DNA of 64,000 nucleotides from the human T2T-CHM13v2.0 reference genome, Homo sapiens. The notes under the pieces were generated by a model, which was not told the DNA's origin, made no database searches, and worked only from the letters and a program-made list of their open reading frames with translations. The position numbers and the translations under genes were made by a program. Positions 43,620 to 60,299 of this stretch are shown piece by piece. The DNA lies in NCBI RefSeq assembly GCF_009914755.1, contig NC_060927.1. One strand, 5' to 3'. Positions within the stretch are counted from its first letter, which is position 1, and every line of letters begins with the position of its first letter.

Positions 43620-43850
43620 ACCTATGACTGAGTTTCATGCAGCAGCGATTGCGCTACACCTGGGGCAGGCATTGTTTCAATTGATCTTCAGAACTCTAAG
43701 AGGCAGTTCTAACAATAATTCCAAGTCACAAGTGAGGAGACAGAGGCACAGAGAGATCACGTCCCTTGCCCAAGATGCACAGCTAGTCACTGCTGGAGCC
43801 GGGATTCAAACTCTGGGATCGGAGTCCTGACCCACCACACTATGCCACGC
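43620..43850 (-). mobile_element. MIR
   Basis: GAGGAGACAGAGGCACAGAGAG...CTTGCCCAAGATGCACAGCTAG...GGGATTCAAAC. Confidence 0.75.
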
Positions 43851-43913
43851 CCATATGTTCATTGGAAGCCATGCCTGGGTCTGTCCCAGGAGATCCCATT
43901 TCGAGGTTTCTGA

Positions 43914-44264
<351 letters not shown>

Positions 44265-45966
44265 AAACATTCCAATTTTTAAGTGTTGACAATGAATTCT
44301 TACAAATTTAATACTACACAGCCCTCTTGCCACATTTGGCCTACGGGGTATCAGTTTGCAGCCCTGGGAAGGATGAAGCGAGGGAGAGGAAGGTAGTGCA
44401 GGCTCCTTCCCAGGGAGTGGGGACACAGAAAAAGGGGCAAGCAGCCCCATTTGTTTGCGTTTCCGTACAGTAAGCAAACCTAGAAAGGAATGGGCCATCC
44501 CCTGTTGCTGGGTCAGGAAGCAGGGATCACAAATGCCGGAAAAAAGAAAAAAGAAAAAAAAAACACCTAGGCACAACCTGGGGCTTTCTGCCCTCTGGCA
44601 GTAGGGATGGGGTTGAGAGGCAGAGGACCAACGCTGTCACTGTGATTCCCAGGCGCACTGAGGGGAGGGGCACCCCCTGGCGACCCTCCAAGAAGCAGCC
44701 CACCCAAATTGCTGCCTGCTGCAAGGGCCAAATGCTGGGACCAGAGGGACCGGCGACCGGGGCCTTTTGCACCGGGCTTTACCCTTTAACACAACAAAAC
44801 AGAGCCCAGCCTGCTAAGGAGTGTTACACACCTGCTGAGAAACCCAGCTATGCCTGGCCCTCCTCTCAGGCAGACACATTTCCCAGCCCTTGTTGTACAC
44901 ACGATGCCAGCCTTGGGGCCATCGTGCCTCTGTGATCAATAAAAGTAGAAGAAAGGAGCTGAGGCCACCTCATCCCCAGCTGGGAGGCAGGCGGGAGGAG
45001 AGGCCCCCAGGCAGCTCAGCTGATGGCAGCTCAGGACAAAGTCTCAGCGTCATCCTGACCCTCCTTCCCAGGCACTCCCCCTTTTTTTCCCCGCCACCAC
45101 CCCCTTCCCCCCGCCCCCTGGGCACTTGGAAGAGGGGGGTGGGAAGCCGTCTTTGGGATGGAGCTGGGTGGGCAGGGAGCTTGCAGAAGGGCTGAGGAGG
45201 AGGTGGGATGGGCTGAGGGAGGAATGAACAGGGCTGCGGCCCCTCAGGGAGCTCCGGATGGGTCCTGAGCCAGGACCAGCCCTGACCTCTGGGCGAAGCC
45301 TGCCAACAGCCGGGCAACAAACCTTCCTTGAAGAGGACGCCAGGTGGAGCATCCGCAAAGCCCGTTCAGAGCCAGGCCCCGGCCACCTTTGTTTGTTGCC
45401 TGGACCATGGCAGAGGCCTCCCACCTTCCCTGGTTTCCCGCACTGCAGCCAGAGGGAATCTTGGACGGTGCAGCAGGTCCCAGGGCTCCGGCTCCCAGAG
45501 GCCGAGGTCCCTAGGGAGGTGTGTAAGGCCGTCAGCACTCTGGCCCCACCTCACCCCACTCTCCGGATTCCTCTGGTTGGTCCTCCGCCGCCATGTGCGG
45601 CTTAGCTGTTCTTCCTCTAGAACCTTCTTCCCCCAGACATCCCAATACCAGTTCCTGCACCTCTCCCAAGTCTTTCCCCCTTCTCGGGGCCCTTCCCCAC
45701 CCATGCGCTCAGGATTCAACGCTGCAGGTCCTCTCCCTCCCCCTAGTGTATTCTTCTCCGTAGCAGGGTCCACCCCCTGCCCACACAGTGACTGCCTTCC
45801 AGAGTGCCCGGTAGCTATTTCAGGCTGTTCCTAGCGGTTTCCGTGGGGAAGGAGGGCCCAGACCTGCCCAGCCTCTGGCTGGGTCCCTGCTCCCTGCCTG
45901 TCGAAACTCCACCCACGGATCCTGTGATCAGTCTCTCCGGGCTCCTCATGGAGCAGAATTCTCACC

Positions 45967-46311
45967 CAGTGCTGTCCAGGAAAGCAGAATCCCAGCCACG
46001 TCTGCGACTTTAAAGTATGCAGTAGCCACATTTTAAAAAGTAAAAGGAAATGAGTGCAATTAATTTATATTAATTATAGTTAATTTACATACTTTTATAA
46101 ATAATATACTTTATCTGACTCAATATAACCAAAATATTGTCATTTGAACCCATAACCAATATAAATATATAAGCATATAATAACTATATAAAATATACAA
46201 ATATGATGGGATATCGTGCATTCTTTTTTTCATACTAGGTCCCCGAAATCCAGTGTGTATTTTACACTCACAGCACGTCTCACTTCAGATGAACCACATC
46301 TCAAGAGCTCA
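45967..46311. mobile_element. MER33 (hAT-Charlie)
   Basis: CAGTGCTGTCCA...AGTAGCCACATTTTAAAAAGTAAAAGGAAA...AAATCCAGTGTGTATTTTACACTCACAGCAC. Confidence 0.75.
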
Positions 46312-46408
46312 GTCCCCTATGGACCAACACTCACATTGTCCCCAGTTCCCCTCTAAACAATGCAGCAATAACATGCTCACACATGCCTCCTGGAAGGCTA
46401 GGGTGTGA

Positions 46409-46891
<483 letters not shown>

Positions 46892-47107
46892 ATTACCCAC
46901 CTTTCTAATGTTAGTCAATAGGATAGCTGTAAAATGACACCTCCTTGTTATTTTGATTTGCATTTCTCTAATTGCTAATGAGTTTGGGCTGAGCTACCTT
47001 TGAAAGAATTTGTCCAGCCTAAATGAGCATCAATAACAGATTAGCTAAATAAGTCACGTTGTCCTAATTCACAGACTATTGTAGACCTGTTAAAAAGAAT
47101 GGAACAA

Positions 47108-47299
47108 GGCTGGGTGAAGTGGCTCACGCCTGTAATCGCAGTGCTTTGGGAAGCCAAGACGGGCAGATCACTTGAGCCCAGGTGTTCACGACCAGCCTGG
47201 GCAATATGGTGAAACCTCATCTCTATAAAAAATACAAAAATTAGCCCAGTACGGTGGCACATGCCTGTAGTTCCAGCTACTTGGGAGGCTGAGGCAGGA
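47108..47299 (+). mobile_element. 3'-truncated Alu abutting a MIR fragment
   Basis: Stops at GGCTGAGGCAGGA; MIR core (TGTGTGACCTTGG...TGTGCCTCAGTCTCCTC) follows. Confidence 0.85.
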
Positions 47300-47939
47300 C
47301 CACACCCAGTACCACCTGCTCTGCCAGGCACTCACTGTGTGACCTTGGTTCTGCCTGTGCCTCAGTCTCCTCCTCTGCAAAACAAAAAAGGGATGAGGAG
47401 AGTCTCACAGATTGTTGTGGAGAAGAGGCATTTGGAGATGCACAGAGAGCAGCATCCAGTCACCTGCGTGCCCCAGCTCGGCTCCGATGCCAGCACTCGC
47501 TCCTCTTTGCCATACACCTTTGCTGCGCATCTACCAAATTCCAGGCACTGCTCCGGAGTCTCTCGGAACACAGAGGTGAAGTGCAAGGAAAAATAATAAT
47601 CATCATATGATTATTAACCCTAGAGAAAATAAAATGCTACATAGGAGAGGGAAGGTAACCATAGATTACCATATGGCACAGCTGTGCCTTGTGTTTACAC
47701 CGGTTTATGATAATATAAACTCTGAGCCAGAATTAATAACTAAAAGGAGAGAGGGATCAGGACAAGGGAGGGACAAGGACAAACTGTATCCTCAGGAAGC
47801 AGAGGCCCTCCATGCTCTTAAGGCCAGCGGCTTCCCTCAGTTGCGACAGGAACGTTCCTTGGCCTCCTGAGCCACTGAGGGCAATGCTGGGTGGCCCACT
47901 GCTTGGGTGCTGATGGCTGTCCATTTCAGGGGCATCTGA

Positions 47940-48421
<482 letters not shown>

Positions 48422-48860
48422 GTGCCGGAATCTTGCACAGCAGAGAGTGGGACTGGTGAAATATGCCCTGGTGCACACACACAGCAGAATGCGTGGCTGC
48501 CTACACACAGTAAAGCAAAGCTAGCTGAGTTCCTTTGGGCCCTGTTGCCCCATCTGTAAAATGAGGCTGTGCTAGTGCTTGTGGGCTATGTAAGGGTCCC
48601 CTGCATTAATATAGATAAAGCGCATCATTACCATCCTCCTCCCCTCCACTGAGGAGAGACAGCCTCCATGGTGCAATGCCCAGTGCCAAAGGCAGGTGAA
48701 GAACTCAGCTCACACCCTGGCTCTGCTGGTGGGGTGTGGACAAGGCCCTGAACACACACATCCATGTGTGAATGTATGAGGGGGTGCTATATGGATGAGT
48801 GTGGGCACATTGTGTGTGGCAGGTGTGTATACGTGTGTATGTATAGTTGTGGGTATGTAT

Positions 48861-49453
48861 TGGTGAAAATCATAATCTCCCATGACACAATCCTGGATGC
48901 CACGATCTCGAGTGTTGAAATCCTGAAAGATCAAAACTCCAGATGTTGAAATCCTCAAAGTCAAATTCTAGGAAAAGGATTAGTGCATTTCAGGATCATT
49001 GCATCATGTTGGTTGCATGTTGGGTGGAACTATTGCTTTGTTATCTTTGTTTGGAAATTCAGTGTGGTTTAAGGAGATGTGTTTGGGTGCCAAGTTGACA
49101 AGCCTGGCTCTGCTGTAGACTTGAGAAACCTGGTAGGCATTATTTTGGGGGTGTCTGTGAGCGCGTTTCCAGGGGAGACGAGTGCGTGAGTCTGACTGGA
49201 TCAGGGGAAAGATCTGTTCTCGGTGTAAACAGGCACATTTATTTATTGCGCAGATAAATCCCCTTTTAAAAATGTTAATAAATGTCTTTTAGAGAATTCT
49301 AAAATTATTTTTTCCAGAATTACGTTTCGGGGATTTTTATCTTTTGAAATTTTGATTTTCAAGATTCTATACTCTAGGGATTTTGATCTTTCAGGATTTC
49401 AGCTTTCAGGATTATGGAATTTGGAACTGTCTTTTGGTACTATGGCCCAAACT
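48861..49453. mobile_element. Ricksha-type MULE/MuDR non-autonomous DNA transposon with an internal MLT2B-like fragment
   Basis: Inverted repeat GTTGAAATCCTGAAAGATCAAAA (48914-48936) vs TTTTGATCTTTCAGGATTTCAGC (49381-49403), 22/23 complementary; 9-bp flanks GGTATGTAT / GGTGTGCAT. Confidence 0.8.
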
Positions 49454-49454
49454 G

Positions 49455-49565
49455 GTGTGCATACGTGTGTGTGTGTGTGTGTTCATGAGTGTACATATAT
49501 TGTGTATATCTGTGTGTGAATGGGGTATATGTACATATGTGTGTATATGAGTATGTGTGTGTGTT
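49455..49565. repeat. (TG/TA)-rich low-complexity tract (continues at 48750-48860)
   Basis: Direct reading. Confidence 0.85.
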
Positions 49566-50461
49566 GTTGGTAAACACAAATCTAGAGAAAAAAATTGTAT
49601 TTTTTCCGGTGCAAAGAAAGGGAATAAGGCACCCCCTCCCACTTCCTACTTCCTTTAATAAAGCTGAAATTGTAAACGCTACCTCTGTCTCCTTGAGATG
49701 TATGTAAATTTATTTTATTGTATCATTATTATTGCAGTAAAGAAATAGTTTATGACCCGAGGCCGGCCACCCTGGAGATTGAGTTATCACTCAATCTCGC
49801 TGAGGAGTTGGGGGGGGCTTTCAAGGGTTTTGGAGTGGTGATCGCTGATTGGTTAGGGATGAAATCTTAGGCGTGGGAAACCTCCCTGAGTCCGCCTCAG
49901 TCTGGGATCCTCTGACAGGTTTTGCAGCCCCGGGCTCCTTCTCTCCGCCTTGGAAACAGCCAGGAGGTGGCGCCGGATCTCCCCCATCCTCAGGAGTGTG
50001 AGGCCCAGGTGCTCGCTTCAGGAAGTAAACTTCTTGTCAAAAGACAGGAGGCATTTGGGAAATTAGCACGTATGGAGTGGGTGGTGTCTGCCAGGCTATG
50101 AAAGCTCTTTTTCTTTGCAATCTCTTTAGCCGACTGTCTGTGATGCACACTGCTGTCTAGTTGTAGCAAAACTAACTTCCTGTTACCTTTGTGGAGAGGT
50201 TTTCTGGGTTGACAGATTTTGTTTTTAATCATTTTCCCAATGACATGTGTGTGTTTAAGATATGTGTCTATGGCGGCGGTGGGAGCGGGAGAGTGTCCTA
50301 AAAAGCCGGTTCAGTGCACACCTCTAGGACTGGTGGAACTGAAGCTGGAATCGGGGATGGGAGGGACAAACCAGTTTTTTCCTATACACTCTGTGTAGCA
50401 ACAGAACTAAGCACGTGCATGTGCCTTGCATCACAGTTCACTTAGCAACGAGCTGCATCTA

Positions 50462-50818
<357 letters not shown>

Positions 50819-50968
50819 TCAGCTATGACGTCATCGCACACATTCCTCTCTGTGTGTGGTGATGCTGGTGTACACAAACCCACTGCACTGCCAGTCGGAT
50901 GAAAGCCCAGCACATGCAATTATGTACAGTACATAATACTTGATCCTATTAATAAACGACTGTGTTAC

Positions 50969-51521
50969 TGTCAGAGGCATTGAAACCAGTGCAAATCCAT
51001 CTTGAGTAGGGACTGGGTAAAATAAGGCTGAGACCTACTGCGCTGCGTTCCCAGACAGTTAAGGCATTCTAAGTCACAGGATAAATTAGGAGGTCGGCAC
51101 AAGATACAGGTCATAAAAACCTTGCTGATAAAACTGGTTGCAGTAAAGAAGTCGGCCAAAACTCACCAAAACCAAGATGGCCATGAGAGTGACCTCTGTT
51201 CGTCCTCACTGCTACACTCCCACCAGCGCCATGACAATTTACAGATGCCATGGCAACATCAGGAAGTTATCCTACATGGTCGAAAAGGGGAGACAAGAAT
51301 AATCCATCCCTTATTTACCATATCATCAAGAAATAACCATAAAAATTGGCAACTAGCAGCCCTCAGGGCTACTCTGCCTACAGAGTGGCCATTCTTTTGT
51401 TTCTTCGCTTCTCCAATAAACTTGCTTTCACTTTACTCTACAGATTCGCCTCGAGTTCTTTCTTGCCCGAGATCCAAGAATCCTCACTTGGCATCTGGAT
51501 CATGACCCCTTTCCAGTAACA
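50969..51521 (+). mobile_element. MER41 solo LTR (MER41A-like)
   Basis: TGTCAGAGGC...TCCATCTTG...GGCTGAGACCTAC...TTTCCAGTAACA; 4-bp TSD TTAC at 50965-50968 and 51522-51525. Confidence 0.9.
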
Positions 51522-51953
51522 TTACCAGTTTATGTATTTACTGTATTTTACTTTTTAATCATTATTTTAGAGCATACTCCTACTTATTAAAAAAAAAGTT
51601 AGTGATAAAACAGCCTCAGGCAGGTCCTTCAGAAGGGATTCCAGATGAAGGCATTGTCATCACAGGAGGTGACGGCTCCATTAGTGTTACTGTCCTTGAA
51701 GACCTTCCAGTGGGACAGGAGTTGGAGGTGGAAGGTAATGATATCACTGATCGGGACCCTGTGTAGCAGGTCTCAGCTAATGTGTGTGTTTGTGTCTTAG
51801 TTTCTGAAAAAAATGTTTAAGAAGTAAAAAAAAAAAAAAAAATTAATAGAAAAAGGTTTATACAATAAGAATATAAAGAAAGAAAATATTTGTGTATGAT
51901 TGTACAATGTGTTTGTGTTTTAAGTTAAGTGTTATTACAAAAGAGTTGAAAGT

Positions 51954-52310
<357 letters not shown>

Positions 52311-52529
52311 CTAAACATAGTTTGTTATTGAAGAAATAAAATATATTTTATAAATTTGTGTAGCCTAAGTACACACATTTATAAAGTCTGCTATAGTGCA
52401 CAGTACTGCCCTAGGCCTTCAGGTTCACTTACCACTCACTCACCGACTCACTGACTCACCCAGGGCGACTTCCAGTCCCACAAGGCTCCATCCCTGGTGA
52501 GTGCCCTATACAGGGGTACCTTTTCACAA

Positions 52530-52867
<338 letters not shown>

Positions 52868-54188
52868 TAGGCACAGGAATCCTGATCCAAAGGAAATACA
52901 CTGCAGCACCAATTGGCTGACTTTGGATAAGTAATGGGGTACATTTTACTTGAGTAAAGGATGGGATTGAGTTAGAGGGCCTCCCCTCAGTAAAGTCCCT
53001 CTTGGTTAAAAATAGATTAAAGATGACAGGGTCCAACTGAGGGCAAGCCTTGCCAGTTCAATATTGGGTGCTAAACAGCGTGGCCAATGTCTATGTTTTG
53101 TCACTCATATTTTCCTCTGGCCAGAATGAAAAATGTTAATTGGGTTACCCCATGCAACCCCTTGAGCAGCAACTTGCAAAACTGAGAGGCTTTTGCCTGA
53201 TTCCATAAAACAAAAAAAGATGATTTTCCTTTATGATGTGGCTTGGCCCCCAGGGCTATAGTGTGGCAAGCAGGGTCACTAGGGTTGCTCAGGGAAAGGG
53301 AACCCAGGAGCCTGGCATGCCCGCAAAAGGGTAAGAATTTATTACCAGTCGGACTCTGACCTTTCTCTCTCTGTGAAAACTGGTTAAATAAATGGTAAAA
53401 ATCACTGTTTATCTCCTCTCTAAAGTTTTGATTAACACAAAAAAGAATTCTGAGGCTGGTCTTAAGCTGTAGTGAACCTGGTGTGCTTTATGTGTCTTTC
53501 TGTATTGTTCTGTCGTGAAAGGGAGTACCTTAGGATAAAGCATGTGTCTAGGACACCATAAACCCACTGTTCAAGATGGCCCAGAAAACTGGTCAGTCAT
53601 GTCCTTGGGAGCCTGACCTTATAACCATGTGGCCATGCTTTCCCTTTTCATAATGGAGGCCCAGGTTCAGGGTTCAATTCCCTTAGGAAATGAGTACTTT
53701 CTGGTTTGATATCTGTGTAATCCTTACCATTTGTTGATTCTCTTCCCCTCCATGAACCATCTTAAATTTTCCTTTCTCTGAGCACAGAAATACTGTGCAT
53801 TTGGCCTAGGCAAGGCTGCATAATAAAAGATTTAAAAGGAATTTTAAAAAGAGCACTATAGTTAAAAGTCAGCTTAATTAAAACTGGATATTAAAGCTCT
53901 AACAGCCTGGGACTCCTTGGGAAAAACAGGAGGCTCCAGAGACCTGTTTTGGAAAAAAATCCCTTTTCCTCATGGAACCTCAGGAATTGGAAATGGATAG
54001 ATCCTCCTCAAAATCTAAGGCTCTGTTCTTTTTAGGATCCAGGATCTGGTGTAAAAATGGGATCTGTTTTTCCCTTCCAACTGTGCCTGCTTATTAGGCT
54101 CTAGAAATTGCAGGCTTTCCTGGCCCTGTTCTTCCACCCTAGGACTCCACTCTAAAGCCAGTAATCCAACTTAAAAAACTTAAAACTT

Positions 54189-54502
<314 letters not shown>

Positions 54503-54861
54503 TTAAAAATTGGCAAATGAAAAATCTTACAACTACTTCTGTCTGTCTGTGCAGTTATATATGTGTTGTGTGTGTGATGTTTATATAAAAGAGCTCTAAT
54601 TAATTGGCTTTAAGAAAACTAAGCACTTAAATCAAATATTTTGGCAGAAAAGTAAAAACTGTAATGTCTTAGTTCACATAACTTTAGTAATCTTGGGGAA
54701 ATAAAAACAGCTTTAAAGACTATTGGTAAAATAAAGACATTTGGTCTAAATTAGGCAGGTTAGATATTTGATTTGCTAAATGCTTTAAGGTCATAAACTG
54801 CTTCTTAGGCTTTTGAAAATTATTCAATTTACCTACTTTGGAGCATTAGATTCTAAATAAG

Positions 54862-55171
54862 GGCCAGGCACATGGCTCATACCTGTAATCCCAGCACTTT
54901 GGGAAGCCAAAGCAGGTGGATCACTTGAGGCCAGGAGTTCGAAAGCAGCCTGGCCAACATGGAGAAACCATGTCTCTATGAAAAATACAAAAATTAGCTG
55001 GGTGTGGTGGCATGTATCTGTAATTCCAGCTACTCAGGGGGCTGAAGCAGAAAAATCACTTGAACCTGGGAGGCAGAAGTTGCAGTGAGCCAAGATCAGA
55101 CCACTGCACTCTAGCCTGGGTGACAGAGTGAGTGAGACTTTGTCTCCAAAAAAAAAAAAAAAAAAAAAAAA
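54862..55171 (+). mobile_element. AluS
   Basis: Full Alu; AAATAAGG repeated on both flanks. Confidence 0.95.
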
Positions 55172-55660
55172 TCCAAATAAGGCCTGGGGACAACCAGTAA
55201 AATAACTTGTTGTTTAAAAAGAGGGATGTTTAGGACAAGTCAGAAAGTCCATGCATGTTGTAGATGGCTTGTGTACATTGTGAAAGGATTTGTGAAAGAA
55301 AATTTATGCACCAAAAGTAAAAGTTGCTAAGAGTTACCATTGTAACACGTGATTGAGACTACTGAAGAAATAGTTTTACATGCAAGGTGTGTGAGGAGAA
55401 TGAAATGTGTTTTTGGTAAAAGATTCTAAGAAAGCATGGGAATGTAAATTTTTGCATAGTTTAGAGAGCTAAAGGATTGTTTTAGATAAGAATAAGCTAA
55501 AGGTTTGAACAAGTTGTGGAAGTTTTGTAAAAATTAATGTTGTTAAAAAAAATTCTGTATGTGAACATATTGACTAAATTTAAAGGAGTATTTTCCAATT
55601 TTTCCATAAATTGAACATCAAAATAAAGGCACAAACAGGGTTTCCTTAAATCACTGATCT

Positions 55661-55976
<316 letters not shown>

Positions 55977-56707
55977 TGATCTGCTCTTTAACAAAACTTT
56001 GTAAAGGGTTACAAAAGGTTTATGATAATCTCATCTTATGGTCAAACTGATTAAGATTGGAAAGATTTGTCTGTAAGGTTTTATTAAAAATTGGGGTTAA
56101 CATTAATAGTAAACTAATGCAAGAGTGAAGTTTAGCTTTCTCTCTTGAACAAGATTTTCATGCATATTAACAGATAATGAAGCTTTTCATTTGCCTTTTG
56201 AATAAACTACTGAACAAAAGAAGGGAAAGAAAAGAGACAGATTGTTTGGAAAGCTAAGTCTTCCCTCTATCAATGAGTAAAGGTTTTGCCTTTAAAAAAA
56301 TATTCGAGTCATCATTGTGGCTAAATGAATGACTTATGGAAACCTGGAATTCTATTTCATAATATCAAGTGTTTTAAACCTTTAACATATTTGATAGCCT
56401 TCCCGAAATCAAATTTCAGCTTCAAAATGGTCTTTTCTGACCTCTAGCTTTAAGATGCTACAGAGGACCCCTGAAGAATCCAAAAGAGAGGTAAACAAGA
56501 TTATCTGACATGTTTCATTACATGGGAAACATTGTCAAAAATTTTAAAAAAAATTTAATCTACTTCAGTTTATATTTTAGTGAATATTAATATATGTTCC
56601 AAAATTATATGGGATTTCTAAAATTCTAATATGTTTGAGTATATGTTATCAATAATAATTATGGTTATGTTATTATAAACCACAGAAATATCCAAATTTC
56701 CTTGTCA

Positions 56708-57037
<330 letters not shown>

Positions 57038-57740
57038 CTATTACTATTTAAATTCATTTCCGCAGTTAATTACTAAATGTTAATGCTGATGCAGTTTCTG
57101 AAAACTTCACAAGCCTACAAAATCCTGGAATATGGTGTCTTTTAGGAGATCCATGAAAGGATAAAAAGGACCCTAAAAAACACTCTGGAATACAGATTTC
57201 TAATAAATTTAGAATCATATCATTTTAACTGGGTAAGAATTCCTGGAACTTTAATGAGAAGACTGACTGAGTTACAAAACTGCTAGCCCAAGTAGAACAA
57301 AGATTAATTAAATACCAAGAAAATACTTTGCCAGATTTTCATGCTAAATCAGCTAATACTGAAATTGTTTAGATATACAATTTGAATGAACTCCATGGTC
57401 TAAGTCAAATTACCTATGATAACCCATTGGTTATCAGTGCTATGCACCTAATTTGGAAAAACAACTGGTATTCAAGAGGATATAAGTCTAATGTTAATTA
57501 AGCATGGACTCATGGATAACCAGGACGGCTGCCTTGTCCTTCCTGAGTCCTTAAAGCTTTTGTTATTAAAAGTTCTGCATTCCATGACTCACCATGGAAA
57601 AGATAAAATGATCCAAGTTGAATATATTGGTGTGGTGACTTATAAATGGCTAAGATGGTTTATAACCAATGTTTGGTCTCATATTCCTGAGATAACAATC
57701 AAAGCTTCAGGTATGTTTGGTCACCTGATGGACCATTTAA

Positions 57741-58125
<385 letters not shown>

Positions 58126-58948
58126 TAAAAGCTCTCCCATGAAGAAGGCTGATGTTATAACACTAAGTTATTATGCTACAGTGTATTTTCACCAAAGAAA
58201 GCTTTTTATGGTTTGCTGAGGACAATCAAACCCTTCACAGTCTAGAACCTGAAGACTGGATCTTCTGAGAACATCAGAGAAAGACTGTCCTTGCCATCCA
58301 CAAAAAACTTTGGAATCTTGAACTTTGGGTTCCTAATCTCACAATTGAGAAGGCTCCCTCCATACTCTGTATACCCATTGGAACTCTTAAGGTAAAACTA
58401 GCCAGGAAAGTCTCTCCCCAGAAGAAGATGGCATCCTTGATGTGAACAGCTTTTCCTAAGATCAGGGATCAAGACTTCTAGTATCATGAGACTCTTATCT
58501 TTAAATATTTTTTCTTGTTTATGCTTCTATGAACAATAGAAATGAAAAGGGGGTCTGTTGTGTGCACTTATTAGGTATACCTTTATTTGTGAAGGATTTT
58601 ACAGCCAGTCTTATACAGGGATAACCTTATACTTTCACAGGTAAAAGATGAAGGTCCAATGTAGATGAGAAACTTTAATGGTACATATGTTGCTTCAGAA
58701 TCAGTCAGAAACAGAACACTGATTCACTCCTCTTAACCCACATCATGGGCTAAAGAGAACATTGCTAGGAGGCCTTCACTCTTCTATGATAGAAGGAGAC
58801 TATATGTTATGTCCTTTTTCCATGGTTTGGAATAAAAGAGGCAATGATTAGAAATGTATCCCTCATAATAGGTTCTATAGCAGATTCTACTGTAAAGGCT
58901 ATGGTTACACAACAGACTTTAAATTCTCTTGTGAAAGTTATGCTAGAA

Positions 58949-59314
<366 letters not shown>

Positions 59315-60121
59315 CTATGGAAAAAACATCCAGTATTATAGAGATTCAGTTGTAGGGAATTAATGAAGAGACTGCCTATTTAAGTGAGTGGACTCTTTAA
59401 CTCATTCTTTGATCTATTTGATTTTAGGTAGTTTGGTTTGTGGGGACCCTGGGTAAGGCGCATACTCCGAACTCTTGGTATTATTTTCCCAATAGTCATA
59501 ATGATAGTCTCCCTGATGCGCTATATTCTCTCGAAGGTTTTAAATGTTTGCACGCATTCATCTTTGGAATGTCAAATGGTCTCTTTTCAACTGGAATGTC
59601 AAGAGCTGAAAGAAATGTGCAACCATGAAAACACTGTAACCTATGAATGATGTGCTGAGACCAGAAACTCAAAATGATGGTAATTGAGAGTGGTGCTAAG
59701 GCCTTAAGTTTTCATACTCTCACCTAAGTGAGAATCTGGACAAAACAAGGGAATTTTTAAAAACAAAACTATGGGAGACCACTGTTTTATACTAAGCTGA
59801 TGCAGTAGGCCATAACAGACCAAACCAAACAAAAATGGCACTGCTCATGCAAAATGTAACATAATCAAACTAAGACTTTAAGGAAACACATAGATCCTAG
59901 AACAGACCCAGGTTTTGTTTTTCTCCTGTCAACAGGACATTCCAGCATAAGGGGGTACCCACTACTCAGTCTTTGTTCCCACCTTCCATAACCCACTGTT
60001 CTACTGTTTCCCAGTGGGTTTCAAAACCAAATAAGTACGTTTACAATGGTGATAGTAACATCAATAATTAAAGTTATGGTCAATCTCTCAAAATTGAGAA
60101 AATGAACCAAAGTGGTGAAAC

Positions 60122-60299
60122 TGTTAAAGCGAATTAAATATGGCCTAAGAAGGACTCCGTACTTGTCTATAAATTTGTTCTGACCACGAGGCACCCCTGT
60201 AGTCTCTCTGAGCCTGCTGTGATTCTGGGGGCTGCCCGATTGCCATTCATTGCTCAATTAAACTTTAAATTTAATTCAGCTGAAGTTTTTCTTTTGGCA
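60122..60299 (+). mobile_element. MER57-type 3' LTR with large internal deletion
   Basis: TGTTAAAGCGAATTAAATATGGCCTAAGAAGGACTCCGTACTT joined to CTATAAAT...CTGCTGTGATTCTGGGGGCTGCCCGATT...GCTGAAGTTTTTCTTTTGGCA. Confidence 0.75.

Noticed and set aside
44890-45834. Cluster of 100-168 aa ORFs on both strands
   Set aside because: Expected from stop-codon scarcity in GC-rich DNA; no domain or exon evidence.
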